A stretch of DNA of 64,000 nucleotides. Origin: Candidatus Obscuribacterales bacterium. Its GTDB lineage: Bacteria; Cyanobacteriota; Vampirovibrionia; Obscuribacterales; Obscuribacteraceae. Every line of letters starts with the position of its first letter. Position 1 is the first letter of the stretch. The notes beneath the pieces are model-generated. The model saw only the letters and a list, made by a program, of their open reading frames with translations, searched no databases and was not told the origin of the DNA. The stretch lies in assembly GCA_965228855.1 (NCBI GenBank), contig CBDDIJ010000002.1, positions 224,001-288,000 of the forward strand, written 5' to 3'. This document shows positions 59,193-64,000 of the stretch, one piece after another. The translations under genes and the position numbers were made by a program.

Positions 59193-59401
59193 CCATCAAC
59201 GGCGCGCTCTCACGGTAACCAAACCGCGCCGCGCCCATGACCTCTGAACGCCAGCCTTGCGGGACTGGCGTTGCGGATCAGGCGTGATGCTGGCGCTCCA
59301 CTTTGCGGGCGTCTTCGCCAATTAGCACTGGCGGTTCGACTAACTGCGGGGACGCCATGCGGCGCCCCCGTCCGTGGCAACCAAACCTTCGGGATCACCG
59401 A

Positions 59402-59977
59402 ATGATCACTTTACACATCGTGGCGAGCCTCGCGTTCGCAACCCTGCTGTATTCTCTGTCCGAGTACGTGATTCATCGCTGGCTCATGCACCGCATGCGC
59501 CTGGCGAATCTCGCGGACAGCAACACGATGCGCGAGCTGGTGCGCAACCACATGGGCAAGCACCACAAGCGCGACTACCACCACGAGACTCACGAAGAAG
59601 ACGACAAGCTCTGGCAGGTCCAGATCTTCGCGCTGATTCCGGTCACGTTCGTCGAAATCGCCTTGCTGTTCGTCGACCCGCTCACTTGCGGCGTGGTCTT
59701 CGTTTTCGGCATGGCGTACGCTTCTTTCTGGTGGGTCGTGCATCTCGAGATGCATCGCGCCGAAGGACGCTTCTTCTCTCGAACGGCGCTGTTCAAGCAC
59801 CTCGAGTTGCGTCACCAGTACCACCATGAGTTTCCGAACACGAACTTCAACGTCATCCTGCCGTTCGGAGACTGGCTGTTCGGCTCGACGCCGACCGCAA
59901 GCCAGCGCGCCAAGTTGGCAGCTGGAGAGCGCCGCAAGACTGCAAACAGACCGAAGACGGTCTCAGAAGCAGCCTGA
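59402..59977 (+). CDS. fatty acid hydroxylase / sterol desaturase family protein
   Basis: His boxes EY.IHRWLMH, H..KHH, VH..MH, HQYHH and NFNV..P..DWLFG. Confidence 0.8.
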   Translation: MITLHIVASLAFATLLYSLSEYVIHRWLMHRMRLANLADSNTMRELVRNHMGKHHKRDYHHETHEEDDKLWQVQIFALIPVTFVEIALLFVDPLTCGVVFVFGMAYASFWWVVHLEMHRAEGRFFSRTALFKHLELRHQYHHEFPNTNFNVILPFGDWLFGSTPTASQRAKLAAGERRKTANRPKTVSEAA

Positions 59978-60144
59978 GCGGCCCAATGTACACGGGACGC
60001 TACGGGGTCTCCGACGCGTTGACCACGAGTGAATGACGCACTCGCAAACTTGCCGGAGACGTCTCGATTGAGCAGGGGCAAACTTGCTCGATCGAGGCTT
60101 CGTCCCGACTTCAGCAACTTCCACCAAACCCGATGGAGGATAAA

Positions 60145-61356
60145 ATGTGGAATCGCTTTTCCGGGTTGAAGAAATCGACCCAGATTGTAATTCTCGCGGC
60201 GGCAGCTGTTTCGCTCAGCACCATCGCGCTCACCGGCGGCTACTATGCCACCAGAACCGATACCATCGACAACGTCGACCTGTACCCGGAGAAACTCCCC
60301 GTCCAGGCGCAGCTCCACGACGGAGAGACACTCCGCAACGTCGAGTTCTATGAGGACGCCATCACGCCGAAGCGTGCCGTCGCCTACAACAACGACGGCA
60401 CCCAGACCGAGTTCCACTATCGCGAGAACGGCACGCTGGAAACGGCGCAAACCGTTCGACTGAGCGAAGGCGGCGCCCGCACGATCCTGCGCAGCGCGGT
60501 GCTGGCCGACGACGGCGTCACCTACAAGCACGATGTCGAATACTTCGATGACGGCGTCCGGATTCGCAAGGAGCTCATCCTGGCGGACAACGAGACGCAG
60601 AACCGCAAGTATTTCTTCGAGAACGGCAACGTCTTCGAAGACCAGGTCATCAAGCTCGACCGGAAGGGCTGGAAGCTCGCCACCGAGTCCGAGTACCGGG
60701 CCGACAAATCGCTTGCGAGCACCTACGTCGCCACCGAAAACGACGGCTGGGACCGCAAGTACTTCGACGAGACCGGCGTGCTCACGATGTCGAAGTCGGT
60801 GCATACCTGGGCTTCTTTCTACACGGAAGTCACGTACGCGAACGGCGTCGTGCCGATTCGCACGGTGGAACAGAAGGGCTCGAGCACCACGGTCACCCTG
60901 CGGCGCGTCGATGGAACGAAGTCCGAGGTTCGCGTCTGGTACGGACCTCTGGTCAAGGCGATGATGGTCGTCACCTACTTCGACGAACAGGAACGCAAGA
61001 CCTTCTACCAGTCCTACATGTCGGACGACGACGGCAAGCCCGTGCTCAGCTCAATCACCATCTACGACAGAAACGGTGACGATGCCCGTACGGTCTACTA
61101 TGAGAGCGACGGCGAGATCAACGAAACGCTCTATACCTTCGGCGACAAGTCGAAGTGGATGCGTCGACTGTATCGCGACGACAAGACGCTCAAGCAGGAA
61201 ATTGACATGGAGATGGGCAAGGGTCAAGTCGGCACCAGGGAGTTCGAGGCTGAGGACAACATCAAGTTCGAAATCCCCGAGCAATATGTGGTCCTGCAGC
61301 CCTACACCACTCCGGAACAGGTGATCGAGTATCACCCGGACTACAACGGTCACTGA
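60145..61356 (+). CDS. membrane-anchored MORN-variant/YwqK-like beta-repeat protein, paralog 3
   Basis: Same architecture (VEFYEDA, YRENGTLE, KGWKL, QVIEY); GGAGG SD. Confidence 0.7.
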   Translation: MWNRFSGLKKSTQIVILAAAAVSLSTIALTGGYYATRTDTIDNVDLYPEKLPVQAQLHDGETLRNVEFYEDAITPKRAVAYNNDGTQTEFHYRENGTLETAQTVRLSEGGARTILRSAVLADDGVTYKHDVEYFDDGVRIRKELILADNETQNRKYFFENGNVFEDQVIKLDRKGWKLATESEYRADKSLASTYVATENDGWDRKYFDETGVLTMSKSVHTWASFYTEVTYANGVVPIRTVEQKGSSTTVTLRRVDGTKSEVRVWYGPLVKAMMVVTYFDEQERKTFYQSYMSDDDGKPVLSSITIYDRNGDDARTVYYESDGEINETLYTFGDKSKWMRRLYRDDKTLKQEIDMEMGKGQVGTREFEAEDNIKFEIPEQYVVLQPYTTPEQVIEYHPDYNGH

Positions 61357-61429
61357 GCCACGCTCACACCGCCGCAAAAACAGCGCGCGCCGCCACCACC
61401 CCTGGTGGCGCGCTCCTTCTTCCCATTGT

Positions 61430-61728
61430 CTACTATATACCGAAGTATTAATTCCTTCGACAAAGCAGCACCCACAGGCAATCTGGAGACTCAGGTAACT
61501 TTCTCAGAATAAATTTGTCTATCGTACGATGCCGGAATTTCCAAATTTCGGCATTCCTGCGTAGACATGACCCCGGTTGTCCACGAGATTTAGAAAGCCA
61601 CCGTCAATGAGAGTGCGACGGAATTCGCCAAAACTGTCGCTCTCTCATTGCCAAAACCTGATCTTTGAATTAGAAAGATGCCGGAACGCCTCACCAGTTC
61701 ACAAAATCCTTCCTAGATGTTTTAGTAG
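61430..61728. promoter_or_regulatory. module with two palindromic elements (61514-61569, 61600-61655) and outward TAGTAG motifs (61430-61449 minus, 61709-61728 plus)
   Basis: First element nearly identical to 25780-25835; distances 84 and 73 bp; hairpins at 61382-61413 and 61748-61778 outside. Confidence 0.75.
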
Positions 61729-61806
61729 AGCAGATCTGGAAAGAGCAGGCGCGTTTCGGTTTAGAACCAAAACGCGCCGCCCCTTAAGCTAGCCGGTTAG
61801 CCCAAC

Positions 61807-63567
61807 TTACTTCTTCTCGGTCGGAACCTCGGGCGTGACCGCGGGGTTCGTGTCCGGCTGCTGCGGCACAGCGTCGGGCAATTGAGGCGCCGGCGCAGCC
61901 TTGTGAGTGTTGAAGCTCGCAGGCAGCTTGCCGGTCTCGATGTAGCGCCGATAGTCGTGCACATTGTCGAAGGCGACAGGGAACAGCGACTTGCCGTCGA
62001 TCACGATAATCCGGACCGTGGCATGACCCGGTGCGTCGCGGATGATCGAGACCTTGTAGTACCAGCGACCGTCCGGAGTGTGGACGATCAGCGGTTCCAC
62101 AGCGGCATACATATTCCAGTTCAGCTCCGGAGCCGCCTCGGTCAGGTTCTGCAGACCGGTACGGGGACCAGTGATCGTGTCACCGCCGCGCCGGTCGTAG
62201 CCCTTGATCTCGCCGTTGACAGCGTCGAACAGCAAGACGTGGGTGAGCGCATCGGCAGTGTCGCCGAAGGGCTCGAAGGGCAGCACGAGCTGCGGACCGA
62301 AGTTCCGGAAGTTCTGGTAGTACGGATGCGAGTTCTTGTTGGGATACTCGTCCTTGGTGGTGTGGTCCTCGCTGATGTCGAGCAGACCCTTCTGGGACCA
62401 GAAGTAGTCAGCCAGCCCGTAGCGGAACTTGGCGTACGCTGCACCGTACAAATTGACCAGGTCGGTCGGATACAGCGTGGCGCCGGCGAACTTCTCCTTG
62501 GCAGACTTCAGGCTCTGATTCACGAAGCTGCCGTGCGTGCCGAATTCCATGACGCCCGACATCACGGGAATCATCGTGCCGGTCCAGGTCGGCTTGTAGG
62601 TTACGTAGGAGACGAGCAACGACCAGGAGCCGTCCTTGTTCTGCCAGTAGACCTTCTGCGCGGGCTTGGAGAGCGGATGCCGGAGCTTGAAGAGCCCCTC
62701 GGTCACCCAGGATTCGGCGCCGAAGAGGAAGAAGGCGTTCTCGCCAGACTTCTGATCGACCTTGCGATTCATCTCGGAACCGTCCACGCGGATGACACCG
62801 CTGGCGGAGCCCCAGAAGCTGTACCAGAACTTGTTGGCGGTCACCTCGGGGTTGAAACCGAGCGGCGCCTGCCAGACAGCCCGAGGCTCGCTCGACGGAG
62901 TGAGCGTCTTGTCGTCGGTGCTGTCGAGCGTGGTCTGAGTGCCCTGGGGCAGCCAGACGATGTGGACGCGCTCGACCTGCTTGGTGCGATCGTCGTTGGA
63001 CTTGAGCGCGTACTCGAGCGCCGTGGCGCGCGGCAGGACGCGGTCATCGACCGTCACGGGAAACTGGTCCAGCAAAGTCGTATTGCGCGCGACATGAGCA
63101 GCGAGCTGCCACTGCTGGATGAAGGGCACCGTGTTGGCGAGGACCAGCCAGAGACCGACGACGCCGAGGCCGACGCGCACCAGAGCGGTCAGGGCGACCG
63201 GCAAGCGCGATCCGAGCGCGAGGAGTGCAGCACCAATGACGCTGACAACGACAAAGGGTGCGAAGGTCGCGCCGTAGCTGTAGAGCAAGCCGGCCACAAC
63301 AGCACCGCCGACGATACCAGTCGCGATCTTGCCTATCCGCGACATGCGCGTGAAAGTCAGACCAGCGACCATCGCGGAGCCGAAGATCCAGATCGGCATG
63401 TATTGCCAGAGAAAGGCGAACACAGGCTGACCGATGTAGAACACCGCCCACAACAGAATGAGCGAAAGCGGACCCAGGAGGAGCCAGCGCTTGAAACCGC
63501 CCAGAAAGAAGCGTGCGGCCTTCGACCGTTGATCACCGGTCGGAGGTGTGGATTTTTCGTTCTGCAT
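61807..63567 (-). CDS. hypothetical multi-pass membrane protein with large extracytoplasmic domain
   Basis: About five N-terminal TMs followed by ~430 aa soluble domain; AAGGA SD; GC3 bias. Confidence 0.8.
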   Translation of the reverse strand: MQNEKSTPPTGDQRSKAARFFLGGFKRWLLLGPLSLILLWAVFYIGQPVFAFLWQYMPIWIFGSAMVAGLTFTRMSRIGKIATGIVGGAVVAGLLYSYGATFAPFVVVSVIGAALLALGSRLPVALTALVRVGLGVVGLWLVLANTVPFIQQWQLAAHVARNTTLLDQFPVTVDDRVLPRATALEYALKSNDDRTKQVERVHIVWLPQGTQTTLDSTDDKTLTPSSEPRAVWQAPLGFNPEVTANKFWYSFWGSASGVIRVDGSEMNRKVDQKSGENAFFLFGAESWVTEGLFKLRHPLSKPAQKVYWQNKDGSWSLLVSYVTYKPTWTGTMIPVMSGVMEFGTHGSFVNQSLKSAKEKFAGATLYPTDLVNLYGAAYAKFRYGLADYFWSQKGLLDISEDHTTKDEYPNKNSHPYYQNFRNFGPQLVLPFEPFGDTADALTHVLLFDAVNGEIKGYDRRGGDTITGPRTGLQNLTEAAPELNWNMYAAVEPLIVHTPDGRWYYKVSIIRDAPGHATVRIIVIDGKSLFPVAFDNVHDYRRYIETGKLPASFNTHKAAPAPQLPDAVPQQPDTNPAVTPEVPTEKK

Positions 63568-64000
63568 TTGAGTTTTCCTTCATGCAAGTTGTTATCTTGC
63601 GGTCTGGATGATGCTCAACGCGTCAACGAGACACGTGTACGCGAACCGTGCTCCGACCATCCCACAGCTGTAAGAGATGGAAATTCGGATTTCGGAACGC
63701 GGAGCGGTGATTGGGGAACTAAAAGAGGAACTCGCGGAGGAGACAAAACAAAACACGTAACTTTAGACGCGCGCCTCGGATAGCGCGCAAGAAATGTTTC
63801 TCTATGTAGCTTAGACACCGTAGAAAAATGTCTTTTGCATAATCTCATACAGTTCGCGACAACCCGCGCCCGAGCCAGTTTCTCGGACCCAATAGATAAA
63901 GGGTCTAACCGAATATTACCGACACATGTTCAATTTCTAATCACGCAGAGCTGCGCGAACCTGAGCGTCAATGACCCGAATATCACATCAGCGACGTTTC

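Overview
Bacterial chromosomal window. The giant beta-helix protein with a FecR-like tail and the Pro-rich TPR protein suggest a Melainabacteria/Obscuribacterales-like host (inference only). It is a compositional mosaic. GC3-rich gene clusters with long hairpin-rich spacers alternate with lower-GC 'host-like' genes. The GC-rich clusters are: an NAD+ salvage operon (nadD-pncB-prs-nadE/pncA fusion), a DksA/TraR finger, coaX-M50, beta-amylase-glgX, a long minus-strand cluster with two LemA-like paralogs, VWA and patatin, and three MORN-like paralogs. The lower-GC genes are a 2712-aa adhesin-like protein, a second prs-nadE/pncA copy, a Pro-rich TPR protein and malQ. The most striking signal is a recurring non-coding module at the 3' end of almost every GC-rich cluster: a hairpin, then ~15-23 bp, then a bipartite T(A/C)Y-N9-TAGTAG motif pointing antisense into the cluster, then exactly 72-73, 84 or 95 bp, then a 56-bp palindromic TTGTCTA...TAG(A/C)CAA element. 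I count 11 motifs and 7 full palindromes. No tRNA, rRNA, CRISPR array, integrase or transposase was recognised.
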